A stretch of DNA of 64,000 bases from Patescibacteria group bacterium. Lineage in GTDB: Bacteria; Patescibacteriota; Kazan-3B-28. The stretch lies in assembly GCA_041389145.1 (NCBI GenBank), contig JAWKSK010000003.1, forward strand, positions 128-64,127. Direction: 5' to 3'. Numbering within the stretch: position 1 is the first letter of the stretch; each line of letters begins with the position of its first letter. The notes under the pieces were generated by a model. That model saw only the letters and a program-made list of their open reading frames with translations. It searched no databases and had not been told where the DNA came from. A program made the translations under genes and the position numbers. Shown here in pieces: positions 1 through 10,705 of the stretch.

Positions 1-1
1 A

Positions 2-403
2 CTTCCTGGTGGAATCAAGAGCTTTAAGGTGACCGCATACGATCAAGATAATGCAGTAATCGAAAACGCTAAGTTTAAGTGGTATGTAGTCGCTGGTGGC
101 GGAACTATTGAGAAGAATGGAATTAACGGAGATAGCCAGCAAAGCATCTTTACCGCAGGCCAGGATCTTGGCTTATTCCAAGATACAGTGTTGGTGGCAA
201 CCATCTTTAATGGTGAGTTTGGGTTTGCAACAGCAGATATTAAGGTGTCAGATATTGTAGATATGGATGGCCCACAAGGATTGCCAACCACTGGTGTAAA
301 TAGCCTTCAATTACTATTCATGGCTCTCACCTTGCTTGCAGCTGTGGGATTAGCCTGGGTAGAACACTATGATAAAACCCACCTTGAGGAGGGTCAGTCA
401 TGA
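2..403 (+). CDS. C-terminal part of a cell-surface protein (Ig-like segment plus LPXTG-type sorting signal); 5' end lies outside the window
   Basis: Frame is open from nt 2. The Big_2-like stretch FKVTAYDQDNAVIENAKFKWYVVAGGGTI is followed by LPTTG, a hydrophobic segment LLFMALTLLAAVGLAW and a short polar tail. Confidence 0.6.
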   Translation, partial: LPGGIKSFKVTAYDQDNAVIENAKFKWYVVAGGGTIEKNGINGDSQQSIFTAGQDLGLFQDTVLVATIFNGEFGFATADIKVSDIVDMDGPQGLPTTGVNSLQLLFMALTLLAAVGLAWVEHYDKTHLEEGQS

Positions 404-903
404 TAGAGTTGATCAGAAATCTCAGACGTTTACGCAATTACCATCCCAGAGAAAAATGGTGGGTGTTTGGTGGATTGGCCGTAATTACCTTGGTAATTTG
501 GTCTGTTAACAGTGTATGGCTTGACGATACTCCAGCTAACAAGCATACGGTATCGGTATCCAACCTGTCTGTCCCTTCTGATGTGGTGAAGAATGAAGGA
601 TTTGAACTAGCCACAATTCAGCTGACTGATAAAAATACCAGCCAACCAGTAAGTGGCGTATGGGTAGGTCTTAGAATTAGCGATAAAGCCAAAAGAAGCC
701 CAAGTTATACCTACTACGATTGGTATAGCCCAAAGGCTGGAAGAGCATTCTTCCCTACCAATGAAGAAGGTGAGGTGTACTTCCCATTAGAGTCAGAATT
801 AGATGGTGAAGTAGAATACGACATTTATGTTGGTAATCCAGATGTTGCCAACTACGCAAAATACCAGTCACTAGATACTGGGTTTAGGGTGAATTATCAC
901 TAA
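400..903 (+). CDS. Hypothetical membrane-anchored protein with an Ig-like extracytoplasmic part
   Basis: 167-aa ORF with an ATGA overlap onto the upstream gene. N-terminal TM helix WWVFGGLAVITLVIWSV. No family recognised. Confidence 0.5.
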   Translation: MIELIRNLRRLRNYHPREKWWVFGGLAVITLVIWSVNSVWLDDTPANKHTVSVSNLSVPSDVVKNEGFELATIQLTDKNTSQPVSGVWVGLRISDKAKRSPSYTYYDWYSPKAGRAFFPTNEEGEVYFPLESELDGEVEYDIYVGNPDVANYAKYQSLDTGFRVNYH

Positions 904-904
904 T

Positions 905-1336
905 CTACTTTCCAAGCCGATTAAGGGCTTGGTTTACCAAAGCATCTGCTTCAGTGTTTAGCTCACGAACCACGTGTTCGAACTTTACTGATCCAAACTT
1001 ATTTACCAGCTCAAGTGCTGCCTCATACAGAGGAATTAGGTCTTTAGCTCTGACCTTATATTTGCCCTGCATATGACGAACAATGAGTTCGCTATCCATT
1101 AAGATTTCAATCTCAACATCTGCTAAAGATATTCGAGGATCGATTGAGGATGCAATCTCTAATCCCAAGAGCAGTGCTCTGTATTCTGCTTGGTTATTGG
1201 TAGTTTCACCAAGATAACGGCTTGCAGTTTTTAGGACTTCGCCATCTCCGCTACGCAAAACGATACCTGCTGCAGCAGGACCTGGGTTGCCACGAGATCC
1301 CCCATCCGTATTTAAGATGTAATGAGTTTTTGCCAT
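905..1336 (-). CDS. rnhA: Ribonuclease HI
   Basis: 143 aa with the type-1 RNase H pattern: TDGGSRGNPGPAAAGIV, NNQAEYRALLLGLE, MDSELIV, EADALVNQAL. Confidence 0.85.
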   Translation of the reverse strand: MAKTHYILNTDGGSRGNPGPAAAGIVLRSGDGEVLKTASRYLGETTNNQAEYRALLLGLEIASSIDPRISLADVEIEILMDSELIVRHMQGKYKVRAKDLIPLYEAALELVNKFGSVKFEHVVRELNTEADALVNQALNRLGK

Positions 1337-1347
1337 AACGATATTTA

Positions 1348-2100
1348 TTAATGGGATGCTTCTGAGATAAACCAGATAACTATTAATCCTAACCCAACTA
1401 CTAAGATTCTGCTAATTCTATCACCCAGACTAGTACCCTTCTTTACCTCTGCAAAGAGATCCACTAGTGAGATATATAGAAGGCCTCCAGCACCAATGGC
1501 AATTGCATAAGGAAGAATATGGTTAGCTACTTCAATGGAATAGTATGCAACTAATGCACCGGCAATTGCGGTGAGGGCTGAAATGAAGTTAAGCCAGAGG
1601 GCTTGTACACCCTTCATTCCACTGTGCAACAGAATAGACATATCGCTAAGCTCCTGAGGGATTTCGTGAAGGATAACGGCAAATGTAGTGGCAATGCCTA
1701 GTGCTGGATCAGCAATGAATGCTGAGGCAATTAGGACACCGTCTAAGAAATTGTGGATTCCATCACCAAGCAGAACAGAATATCCCGTTGCTTTATTGTG
1801 CTGATGAGATGGATCGTCACAGGATTCGCCATGATCATGATGCCAATGAACAGCTTGTTCAAAGATTAAGAAGAACAGGATTCCAATAACTACATATATA
1901 GAGAAGTCGTGTGAAAGTAATTCAATAGCCTCTGGGAGCAGATCGAATAAGCTGACCCCGAGTAAGGAACCAGCAGCAAAGGCCACCAACCATGCCATCC
2001 ACTTTTGAATGGCTACTCGATTAATAACTAAATACAATCCTCCAATGAAGGAGACGAGACTGACCAATAATACAGCGAATAAAATGTATGAGAGAATCAT
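1348..2100 (-). CDS. ZIP family divalent metal transporter (ZupT-like)
   Basis: 250-aa polytopic protein with a His-rich loop (HWHHDHGESCDDPSHQH) and ZIP signatures HNFLDGV and HEIPQELSD. Confidence 0.85.
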   Translation of the reverse strand: MILSYILFAVLLVSLVSFIGGLYLVINRVAIQKWMAWLVAFAAGSLLGVSLFDLLPEAIELLSHDFSIYVVIGILFFLIFEQAVHWHHDHGESCDDPSHQHNKATGYSVLLGDGIHNFLDGVLIASAFIADPALGIATTFAVILHEIPQELSDMSILLHSGMKGVQALWLNFISALTAIAGALVAYYSIEVANHILPYAIAIGAGGLLYISLVDLFAEVKKGTSLGDRISRILVVGLGLIVIWFISEASH

Positions 2101-2355
2101 GAGTTATTAGTGTGATTTAAGCAACGACGATAAATCGATATCGAGTCTTCCATTTTACCTCTTAGGAGACCGCGAGCATCTTCCAGCTCCCTGATTATAC
2201 AGTTTAATTGCAACTTGGCTGAGAACTTGATCCAGAATCTCTTCAGCTGCAATTACCCCTATCTCCTCCCCCTTCTCAGTTTGAAAATAAGTGATAATTT
2301 GATCGATTGCGTCTGATTTATCCGAGTCTAGTAAGATTTCCCAATTTCGTTTCAT
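2097..2355 (-). CDS. DUF2164-like small protein, apparently frameshifted near nt 2190
   Basis: MKRNWEILLDSDKSDAIDQIITYFQTEKGEEIGVIAAEEILD...LYNQG matches DUF2164. After YNQG the family-like tail ELEDARGLLRGKMEDSISI continues in another frame and ends in an ATGA overlap with the ZIP start. The ORF-track start at 2424 runs into the tRNA and was rejected. Confidence 0.5.
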
Positions 2356-2374
2356 ATATGTTTGTTTATAAATA

Positions 2375-2448
2375 TGGAGCGGGATACGAGAATCGAACTC
2401 GCGTCTTATCCTTGGGAAGGACATATACTGCCATTGTACTAATCCCGC
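2375..2448 (-). tRNA. tRNA-Gly(CCC), CCA encoded
   Basis: Hand-folded cloverleaf GCGGGAT/ATCCCGC acceptor, anticodon loop TTCCCAA, T-arm GCGAG-TTCGATT-CTCGT, 3' TCCA. Confidence 0.9.
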
Positions 2449-2483
2449 ATTGAAAAACTCCCTCGAAAATCGTGGGAGCTTTT

Positions 2484-2696
2484 CTACTCTACTGATTGCT
2501 GCTTCTTTTTAGGAGCAGCCTTGGACAGGCTCTTTAACATGCGAGCTGGCATTGAGACTTTGCGCTTTACTCCGCCAATTTCCATGGTCTTGGTGACAAT
2601 GTTTGGCTTGAAAGTACGCTTGGTACGTCTCTTTGAGTGACTCACATTATTGCCTGAGGTTGGCTTATGATTGCCAATCTTGATTACTTTGGCCAT
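2484..2696 (-). CDS. rpmB: 50S ribosomal protein L28
   Basis: 70-aa basic protein. The segment GNHKPTSGNNVSHSKRRTKRTFKPN is the L28 signature region. Confidence 0.85.
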   Translation of the reverse strand: MAKVIKIGNHKPTSGNNVSHSKRRTKRTFKPNIVTKTMEIGGVKRKVSMPARMLKSLSKAAPKKKQQSVE

Positions 2697-2757
2697 AATG
2701 CAATTACGTTAAGACTAAGTTATTTTAGTCTAAAATCCGGTTTGGAGCAAGCTTTTT

Positions 2758-3408
2758 ATGTTTTTCGCACAGTTTCAACAGCTAGACACTCTAATTTTCT
2801 TCATTGTAGCCCTAATTATAGCGGTGACAGTCCATGAGGCTGCTCATGCTTTAGTGGCTTATTGGCAAGGTGATCAGACGGCAAAGATGCTGGGAAGACT
2901 CACCTTAGACCCTAGATCACATATGGATCCAATCGGAACCATTATGCTGTTTTTGGTTGGATTTGGATGGGGTAGACCAGTCCCCTACAACCCAAATCAC
3001 CTAAAAAATGGGACTGTAAGTGAGGTATTAATTGCCCTAGCAGGTCCTGCTTCTAATATTATTACAGCTTTCATCTTGGCCTTACCGGCTAGGATTTACG
3101 TGGCTACTAATGCAGCCCTACCTGAGGGACAGGTCTATACATTCTTGGCAGTAGTTGTGACTTTAAACATCTTTTTGGCGGCATTTAACCTAATTCCCCT
3201 GCCTCCACTTGATGGTTCTAAGGTGTTGTACCTGGTGTTAGAAAGCTTTGGGGTAAGTAGATGGAGAATCTTAAGCCTTGAGCAATATGGACCAATGATT
3301 CTATTGGGATTGATTGTGATGGATCGGTTAACCAATACCGGAATATTGTTTGGAATTTTAGAGCCAATTATTGCCTTCCTGCAATTCTTAGTGGGAGCTA
3401 GTTTCTAG
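2758..3408 (+). CDS. M50 family (site-2 protease type) membrane metalloprotease
   Basis: HEAAHALVA (HExxH) lies in a TM helix and NLIPLPPLDGSKV is the second M50 motif. Polytopic protein. Confidence 0.8.
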   Translation: MFFAQFQQLDTLIFFIVALIIAVTVHEAAHALVAYWQGDQTAKMLGRLTLDPRSHMDPIGTIMLFLVGFGWGRPVPYNPNHLKNGTVSEVLIALAGPASNIITAFILALPARIYVATNAALPEGQVYTFLAVVVTLNIFLAAFNLIPLPPLDGSKVLYLVLESFGVSRWRILSLEQYGPMILLGLIVMDRLTNTGILFGILEPIIAFLQFLVGASF

Positions 3409-3625
3409 AAAATTTATCCACATTGGAAGTAAAAGTGCTGGAAAATACGGTGTATACTGTATGTAGCACCTTAGATTTGTTATCGCTTTTTTGACCCAAC
3501 AAGCTTTGATACGGGATCTTTATATTGCTTGCTCCTTTGGGGGTAAGTTGCAAGAACCCACTTGGTTTCCCAAGGATCAAAGATGGGCGAAACAAATTTA
3601 TAGGTGTCCAAAGCCACGCTACCAT
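3398..3625 (-). CDS. Hypothetical 75-aa protein (weak call)
   Basis: ORF fills the gap between the M50 and MEMO-like genes. No Shine-Dalgarno sequence and no recognisable family. Confidence 0.25.
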   Translation of the reverse strand: MVAWLWTPINLFRPSLILGKPSGFLQLTPKGASNIKIPYQSLLGQKSDNKSKVLHTVYTVFSSTFTSNVDKFSRN

Positions 3626-3656
3626 CAGGTAGGGTGTTTTTGGTTATAATGAGGTC

Positions 3657-4504
3657 ATGAAACTGACTCCCTTCCTGCTTTTGGTTACCTTCGGGTTAGG
3701 TATTTATCTAGGATTTGGCTCTGAATCAGATCAGATTAGACATCAGTCATTCTTTAGTACTAAGGAGTTTTTTGATGAGGCATATTCTGCAGCTGATGCC
3801 ACCCCTTCCAAGGAGGGGGTGAAGATGATTTTGGTCAATCACCACCTGTTGGCTAAGGAGTTGATTGCAGAGGGCATTTAATACTGTCTCGAATCCACCG
3901 AAGACTGTGGTCTTAATCTCACCAAATCATTTTGGGGTGGGACAGTTCGATACACTAACATCTGAAGTTAATTGGGATCTCCCTATGGAGTGCTTAGGGC
4001 AAATCAACGGGTAATACACTTGCTTGAGAATAGCGGATCAGTTCAGGTAGATCCCGTTCCATTTAATTATGAGCATGGGGTGTCTGGAATCGTGCCGTTT
4101 GTTAAGCACAGCTTTCCCAGGGCTAATATTGTTCCCATCATTATCAAGGAAAAGATGAAGCCCGATGAAGCTGAGAAGTTATTGTCAGTACTTAGCGAGG
4201 TAATTCTGATAACAGCTTAATAATATGGTCCGTGGATATGTCTCACTATATGGACGAGGCGACTTCGCTTGCGAAAGATAATATTACGATAGCTGCATTG
4301 GAGAATAATGATGCAGATGAACTACTTAACGCCGAAGTAGATTCCCCTATTGGGCTAAATATGGCTGCAAGATGGGCGGAGATAATGAATTTGAATTTTA
4401 ATTTGCTGGCCAGAAGTAGTGCAGCAATTATTACTGGTAACAATGAAGCTGGTGATAATACAAGCTACATTACAGGCTACTGGTCTGTGAAATCTGATGA
4501 TTAG
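3657..4504 (+). pseudogene. MEMO1/AmmeMemoRadiSam-B family protein, frame-disrupted (at least 3 frameshifts)
   Basis: Family-like sequence is spread over frames: ILVNHHLLA, PKTVVLISPNHFGVGQFDTLTSEVNWDLP (shifted frame), YGVLRANQ...EHGVSGIVPFVKH, LIIWSVDMSHYMDEA. Shifts near 3880 and 3985 sit at short T runs. Confidence 0.6.
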
Positions 4505-4534
4505 GGTTATACTAGGGGTAAGATTATTAAACAG

Positions 4535-6245
4535 ATGAATATGGAACAAGAACCAAAGGAACAGATGGATCCCAGTTCAGAACCAAAGTCAGAGATGGCT
4601 GAGAGAGAAGATGGACTCCAAACTAGAGAGTCGTCCAGGCTGGAATGGCATCTTAAGAACTGCAATGTGGGTTGCAGTTGGGGTGGTAGTGCTAGGTGGT
4701 GGAATCTACTTAGGTGCTAACTGGTCTGGAATGCCAGCAAACCAAAATGGTGACGAACAACAGATGGATGACAATTCCATGAATGTTGAATTTGTATCAC
4801 CAGTAAAGGTAAGGGTGACTATATTGTGTACAAAGGTAGTAGCGATGAGAACTTCTCTGGTGCTCCTTCCTATTACAAGTTCGCTGAGATTTCTGGTGGT
4901 GAGTGGGATGGTTATGAGTTGGTGATTGCAAGAGCTAAGCCAGCTGGACCTGCTTTCTATGACAACTACTACCGGTTCGTGAAGTTGGACCAGATATGGC
5001 ATGGCCCTACTTATCTAGACAGTCTGATAGTTTTGATGACCAGATGCTTAACTGAGATGACTCTACTACTCGATTTAACCAGTTATCTAGCCCTTCAAGA
5101 CTTGAGAACCCCAAATAACGCAGATCAAGGATTAGTTGAAGTAGACTACTCTGACCATTCCTGGTTTGCAGATATGACTGGGTTAAAAGCTCAATTCGAA
5201 GATGATACCTGGGGAACTGTATATGTTGATTCAACTACCCGTGCAATTCCACCAGCTGTAAATAACAGCAATCCTCGTGGAGGGTTTTATATTCAAATGC
5301 CAGACGGTACAGCACGTACCTACCGCATTAGAGGTTCCTTTCTTAAGCCAAGACGGTAGAGCAAGTATCACCTGGATGAAGGAGGTTCAAATACTGCCCG
5401 CTATCGAATGACAGATGTTGGTGGATGTGGTGCAGTAAACGTTGCTTCTGTGATGCCTGCCAGTCTAAAGAGCAGTTTGGTAAAGTCAGGAACTGCTAGA
5501 TATGGAAGCAACACAGAAACGGTTTATGAATTGAATTCCATCAATCATCCATTAATGGCTGCTACCTTCTCTGATTATCAGGTTTGGAACGATGATAATA
5601 TAACCATCAATCAGTTTGCGGCTAATCACCCACTTTTCTTCTGGGAAGATATGTTTGGCAGAATCATTAAGTTTACTAACGACCTATACATACCAGGTGC
5701 AGAATGTGGTAAACCAGTAATCTATCTTTACCCTGAAACCAAGACTCAGGTGCAGTAGAGGGTGCTTAATTGGTGGATTTTCCTACACCGATCCAGAGTA
5801 CGGCACTGGCTATGAAATGGCAGATCCATCTGGTTCGCTGTTAACCTTGCAGATGGAAAGACTTACCCTCTTGTTCTGGGAAGGACGTGGTGTAGCATCT
5901 ATGAATCACCTGATAAGGGTTGGGTTGTATCTCAAGCACAAGTAGAAGCAACGATAGATGATAAGCTGGGACAGTATGGCTTGAATGAAACTGAGATTTC
6001 CGACTTCAAGGAGTACTGGATTCAAGAATGCAGGATGCTCCATATTACTTCATCAGCTTCTATGGAACTCAAGTGATGGACCAGCTGGCTCCATTAAAGA
6101 TCACCCCTAAACCAGACACAGTGATTTAAATTACTGATGGACTTTAAGCCACTTCCAGAGACCAATTGGGTGAACGACCCCACAAGATCACTTCCCTACC
6201 TCGTGAAGGATTTACCGTTATCGAATGGGGTGGCGTAATCAAGTA
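4535..6245 (+). pseudogene. Membrane-anchored secreted protein of unknown function, heavily frame-disrupted
   Basis: TM anchor AMWVAVGVVVLGGGIYLG, then coherent peptide stretches in alternating frames (GAECGKPVIYLYPETKTQV, LFWEGRG, PDKGWVVSQAQVEATIDDKLGQYGLNETEISDFKEYW, PYYFISFYGTQVMDQLAPLKITPKPDTVI). Ends IEWGGVIK-TAA just before a terminator. Confidence 0.5.
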
Positions 6246-6271
6246 AAAAGGAAAGCAACTTCTTAGTTTTA

Positions 6272-6299
6272 AAGACCCAACAGAAGTTGGAGTCTTTTT
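6272..6299 (+). terminator. Intrinsic terminator
   Basis: AAGACCCAAC-agaa-GTTGGAGTCTT hairpin followed by TTTTT. Confidence 0.6.
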
Positions 6300-6304
6300 A
6301 TTGC

Positions 6305-6381
6305 TGGAGCCGATGAGAGGATTTGAACCTCCGGCACTCTCCCTTACGAAGGGATTGCTCTACCAGCTGAGCTACATCGGC
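6305..6381 (-). tRNA. tRNA-Thr(CGT), CCA encoded
   Basis: GCCGATG/CATCGGC acceptor, D-arm GCTC-AGCTGGTA-GAGC, anticodon loop TTCGTAA, T-loop TTCAAAT, 3' TCCA. Confidence 0.9.
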
Positions 6382-6443
6382 TAGATTGCTCGTGTAATAT
6401 ACCTGATTACTAATCTGTTATGCATACAGATTAGTTTAGGGAA

Positions 6444-6889
6444 TCAAACGGTGTAAAGCAAGTACGTAGCAAAACACCCAGCAAAATATGGGACCAAGAG
6501 CAAGGCAGATACAGGGTGGCGGCCTTTAAGTAGGTAGATGAGTACAATTGTGGTGAAGTTGAGGAAGAATATCTCTACCAGAGCAGCATCGATATTTTGA
6601 AGACCGAAGAATAAGTAATTCCAATAGAAGTTAAGAGCTCCATTAACCAGGAACAGCCAAAGGATGGCAATCCGATTGGTTTGGTTTTGAGATTTATGCA
6701 GGAATCTAAGAATCGAAATTGCTAGTAATACATAGATGACAGTCCAGACAATTCCAATAATATTGCCCGGAGAGAGTGAAGGTCGGAAGATTGAGCGTGT
6801 AATACCAATCAAGGTTGGGGGTAGTTGCCACCCGCTCCCCGAAAGCAATTGAGAGCAATATAACGAAGTGGAACAATGTATTTAAGCAT
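6444..6889 (-). pseudogene. tspO: TspO/MBR family tryptophan-rich membrane protein, N-terminal part frameshifted
   Basis: GNIIGIVWTVIYVLLAI and NGALNFYWNYLFFGLQN are TspO-like. The preceding segment TTPNLDWYYTLNLPTF lies in another frame upstream of nt 6848. Confidence 0.6.
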
Positions 6890-7003
6890 TGGTTTTTAAT
6901 TAAATGATGACGACGATACCATTTGAGAACTTCAAGGGTGAGGATAATACCACCTGCTAAGACCTGGGCTAATTGGAGGCATAAGAACCAGAGCCAGATA
7001 TTA

Positions 7004-9729
7004 TTAATCAGGTATAGCTAAAACTACCGATTCCAAGTGGGCCAAACCATTCACCAGAGGCTGGGGTGTATGTTCAGTCCCACCTGGTTCTAAGGCGTAT
7101 GCATAGGTTGCATATGGTGTTGAGGTAGCTGTTCCTTCTGTATAGTAATCGCTTGAGATAACAGGTCTGAGTGGTTCTGAGTATATATTGTCATCTAGTG
7201 GTGGGTTAGTTGGATCATTGGCAAGGTCATTGTTGGGAAGGTTTCCAATACGAGGAATGGATACCACTTCAGCATTATTGAGCTGGACCAACCGATCTGT
7301 TGTCACAAGAGGTTGAGCTGTTGGAATAACGTGGCCAGTTGCGAGATCGTAGATGAAGAGACGATTAGTGGAGTCAGCAACAAGTATCTGATTACCGGGA
7401 AGAGTGAACAATGGGTCACCAGTGAATTGTGGGTTTTCTACTGTTCCAATGGATTGCAATTGGAGACTTTGAAGATTAACTAGCTCTAGATTATCTTTAC
7501 CGACTAGCAGTAGATTGCCATCAACTAATGGCATCAATGAATCTATTTGAGTTATGAGAGTAGAGCTGAGTTCTTGTTCCAGTTTTTGGGTTTTGTAGTT
7601 ATAGATTTTAAGCTGGTTACCGTAGCTAATAACTATCCGATGATTGCTGGCGCCTTGAACAATCAGCTTTCCGGCTCCGGAAGTAAATCCATCCAGGTTA
7701 CTGTTGCCGGCGTTGATAAATTTTACAGATTGGTTATTTACGTCATAAACCTTAAGTCCGGCTTGAGAATTTGCGTTTAGCGTAACACCACTACTGATAC
7801 CACCGAATGGTGTATTTACTGTCCGACTTGAGAATTGATAGTTAACAAATATAATTTTATTATCAACTACCGCATAGTATCCCCCACCACTTAAGTCTGC
7901 ACCTTGCTTGCGTGTGAGTTTTTTTGATTTTGCATTGAAAATATATACTTCACCATTCCCAAAGAAATGGATGTTTCCGAAATTATCACGGATACCATTC
8001 TTAAAGTCTGGTAGTTGATTGGCAGCAAGTAGTTTGCTGGTGATAATTCTAGTCGAACCTGATTTTGGATTGTACACCTGACCTAGTACTGATTGGTTGC
8101 GATCAGGGTGAATGATCAACACCTCGTTACCACGAAGTGGGTAGACTGCTTGAGCAATGAGCTCACCTTGATTGGCAGCAACGGTGATATGGTTTTTACC
8201 TGTTTCCCAGGTACTGTCCTGATTTGAGTTTAGTGGTGATGATGAGCTAGTGAGCTGACTCTTTGCTTGGTTCTGATCTGCTGTATTGCGATCTGATGGG
8301 GTGTAAACAGTCCATGGAGCTAGTGAGTTTGCTAGTAGCACTTCCCCATTTGATAACTGGATTGGCTGAACTTGAGGTGCCAGGGATTTGAGTTCGTCTA
8401 TATCTTGGTTACTTCCATAGTTATTGGTGTAATCATATTCAGCGGAGATATCTGTTTCTGAATTCATCCAGGAAAAGGTACTAGGTTCAATTAATCCAAA
8501 TGGCCAAGGTATATGAGAAGATGTAGCACCTGTTAGAAGAATGGTTCCGTCTGCTAGTGGCACCGTTTGGAAAGTTGGAGATGTATTGTCTTCAAGTCTT
8601 ATAATAGGTTTTCCGTCATCACCAGCGCGAGGAATGCCGTTGATTTGTTCAAATTTGATATTTTTCTGGGCAACCGGCAGCTGTCCCATTTCTCGAGTAA
8701 AGAGTTGATTGGTCTTTTGGTTGTAGATACCAATTATTGAGTCTGGAGTTAAGACATGGTCATATTGCATCCAAACTAGGTTTGAATCCCCAATCGTGTA
8801 CATAGAAACTGGTTTACCGATCTTACGCATAAACGTAGTACTGGATTTTTGATGATTAAGTAAGTAGAGGTTTCCGTCGGTTGAGATTAGAGACTGTCTA
8901 TCATCTAATTGAAGAGTAATACCTTGTGATGAGGATGGTTCGTATGAACGTGGTAGTTCGATATCATTTAGCTGAGAGATGGTTTGTGAATCTGGATTGA
9001 GTTGATAGACCACAGAGTGAATAGTTCTTCTAGCAAACACATCCTCACCAACTGTATCGGTTTGATAGGTGCCAATTAAAACTTTGTCTTTGGTTTGTAC
9101 TAGGTATGGGTGCTTGCTGATGTGGGTATTTGAATTCGTAAATGAAACTGACTGTGAAGAATTGTTTTCGAGATTGTAGATTATTAAATCTAAACTTGGA
9201 TAGCGAGTATCATCACCTGATTCGATATAGTTGTTGGCACCCGCTACTAACAGCTTGTTGTCATCTAACAATAAGGCGGTGCTGTGATATGGGTTGGTAA
9301 TCTTAATTTCATCCATCAGAGATATCTGATGTGACTTTATATCAAAGGTTGCGAGGTGGTTGGTTTGGGGTTTAACGAATGTTCCGGAACCAGGTAGTTC
9401 TTGGAAGGTGTTGATGTACATCAATATATTTCCGTTACTGAGTGGGAAGTATTGGATGCGATCATAGCTCACTCCATATTCATCATCGCCTGGCTGCAAA
9501 CCCTGTCGGTTGTGCGTCCAACTGGTAATACACTGGTATCGACTAACTCAAAGTTGCCGTAGTTGGCTACGCTGTATTCTGGTTTCGGAGTTGGCTCCTC
9601 TTGCATCTGGAAGTAGTTAAACAGATACCAACCAAGGGCAAGTAAAAGAAGGATTAGCAATGTAATCCATATCCAGGATTTAGATTTGCGTTTTTGTGGC
9701 TGAGCAGGTGCCGGAGAAGGGTTAGGCAT
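7004..9729 (-). CDS. Large membrane-anchored repeat (beta-propeller-like) surface protein; one frameshift near 9505-9515 splits the N-terminal anchor from the 831-aa body
   Basis: The 86-aa ORF (9469..9729) has TM SWIWITLLILLLLALGWYLF and runs into the 831-aa ORF in the -1 frame at the sequence GACAGGGTTTGCAG. The body has repetitive strand-rich segments and no enzymatic motif. Confidence 0.6.
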
Positions 9730-9812
9730 TAAGGGTTTGGTTTATTACTAGAGTACAGAATAAATGTGTATCTCTATTATAGATAGGATAAGGCAGCCAC
9801 AGCAAATTACTG

Positions 9813-9887
9813 TGGTCGGGGTGACAGGAATTGAACCTGCGACCTCACGCACCCCATGCGCACGCGCTTCCACTGCGCTACACCCCG
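9813..9887 (-). tRNA. tRNA-Pro(GGG), CCA encoded
   Basis: CGGGGTG/CACCCCG acceptor, anticodon loop ATGGGGT, T-arm GCAGG-TTCAATT-CCTGT, 3' ACCA. Confidence 0.85.
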
Positions 9888-9896
9888 GGATAGCCT

Positions 9897-9971
9897 TGGT
9901 GTCCCCGACAGGAATCGAACCTGTATTTAGGCGTTAGGAGTGCCTTGTTCTATCCGTTAAACTACGGGGAC
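9897..9971 (-). tRNA. tRNA-Arg(CCT), CCA encoded
   Basis: GTCCCCG/CGGGGAC acceptor, anticodon loop CTCCTAA, T-arm CAGG-TTCGATT-CCTG. The overall sequence is close to the classical tRNA-Arg(CCU) pattern. Confidence 0.85.
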
Positions 9972-9986
9972 AAAAATAGTTTCTCC

Positions 9987-10088
9987 TTAAAAGGACCCTA
10001 TAACATAGGGTAGAATTAAACTAATGCCAAGGATTATTGCCAAGGCCACCATTACGGAGCGTTCTAGTTTCTTATTACGATTGCTCAT
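9987..10088 (-). CDS. Possible 33-aa leaderless small membrane protein (weak call)
   Basis: MSNRNKKLERSVMVALAIILGISLILPYVIGSF. A TATAAT box (10096-10101 on the minus strand) lies 7 nt upstream of the ATG. Below the ORF-track size cut-off. Confidence 0.25.
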   Translation of the reverse strand: MSNRNKKLERSVMVALAIILGISLILPYVIGSF

Positions 10089-10117
10089 CTTCGATATTAT
10101 ATAGAAATTGAAACCTA

Positions 10118-10705
10118 ATGCCTAAACGCCAACTAGAAGAATTTGAACCAGAGTTTGCCTCACAGCGTGATGGTGAATATGTAATAGATATTGTGTGGGC
10201 TCATTGGTATGCGTTACTAATTCGTGTAATGGGGTCTTTGGGTATCATTCTGGCATCCTTCTTAATTCCTGCCCTACTTGGGATTATGCCCTACATATTT
10301 ATGTATGGAATTACCACTGCAATCTACTATCTATGGATGGTATTTTGGGTATTCCAGATTGTTCAGTCCTACGTCATCTGGCTGAAGGATAAATGTATTA
10401 TTACCAACGAACGTATTATTAAAGTGGACCAGAAGAATGTAGTGGATCATAAGGTTACTACAGTAGAGTTGGAAAGAATTCAGGCTGTGGTTTATGCAAT
10501 GAAGGGTCCGGCTGCTAATACCTTTAAATTTGGAACTGTAAGTATCTACTTCCCAGGGGGAAATAACATTGAGATCAAATATGCAGCCAACCCATCTATC
10601 TTGCAGGAAGAGATATCAAGGATGGTTAAAAAGAACCAGAAGGGATTAGATAAACAAACAACAGACGACATAGAAGATTTTTTGGATGATGAAGGTGAAA
10701 AGTAG
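10118..10705 (+). CDS. Membrane protein with a bacterial PH (bPH_2/YdbT-like) domain and an acidic tail
   Basis: Two TM helices followed by ITNERIIKVDQKNVVDHKVTTVELERIQAVVYAMKG...FGTVSIYF, the bPH_2 pattern. Confidence 0.6.
   Translation: MPKRQLEEFEPEFASQRDGEYVIDIVWAHWYALLIRVMGSLGIILASFLIPALLGIMPYIFMYGITTAIYYLWMVFWVFQIVQSYVIWLKDKCIITNERIIKVDQKNVVDHKVTTVELERIQAVVYAMKGPAANTFKFGTVSIYFPGGNNIEIKYAANPSILQEEISRMVKKNQKGLDKQTTDDIEDFLDDEGEK

Noticed and set aside
3415-3423. A perfect DnaA-box consensus TTATCCACA in the M50/MEMO intergenic region, with a 7/9 match nearby at 3438-3446
   Set aside because: One exact 9-mer is expected about 0.5 times by chance in 64 kb on two strands. There is no cluster of boxes, no adjacent AT-rich unwinding element and no dnaA/dnaN gene.
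9500-9520. Programmed -1 ribosomal frameshift joining the anchor and body of the 7004-9729 gene
   Set aside because: The sequence AGGGTTTGC is not in the X XXY YYZ register in the zero frame, and no downstream stimulatory structure was apparent. A one-base homopolymer error explains it more simply.
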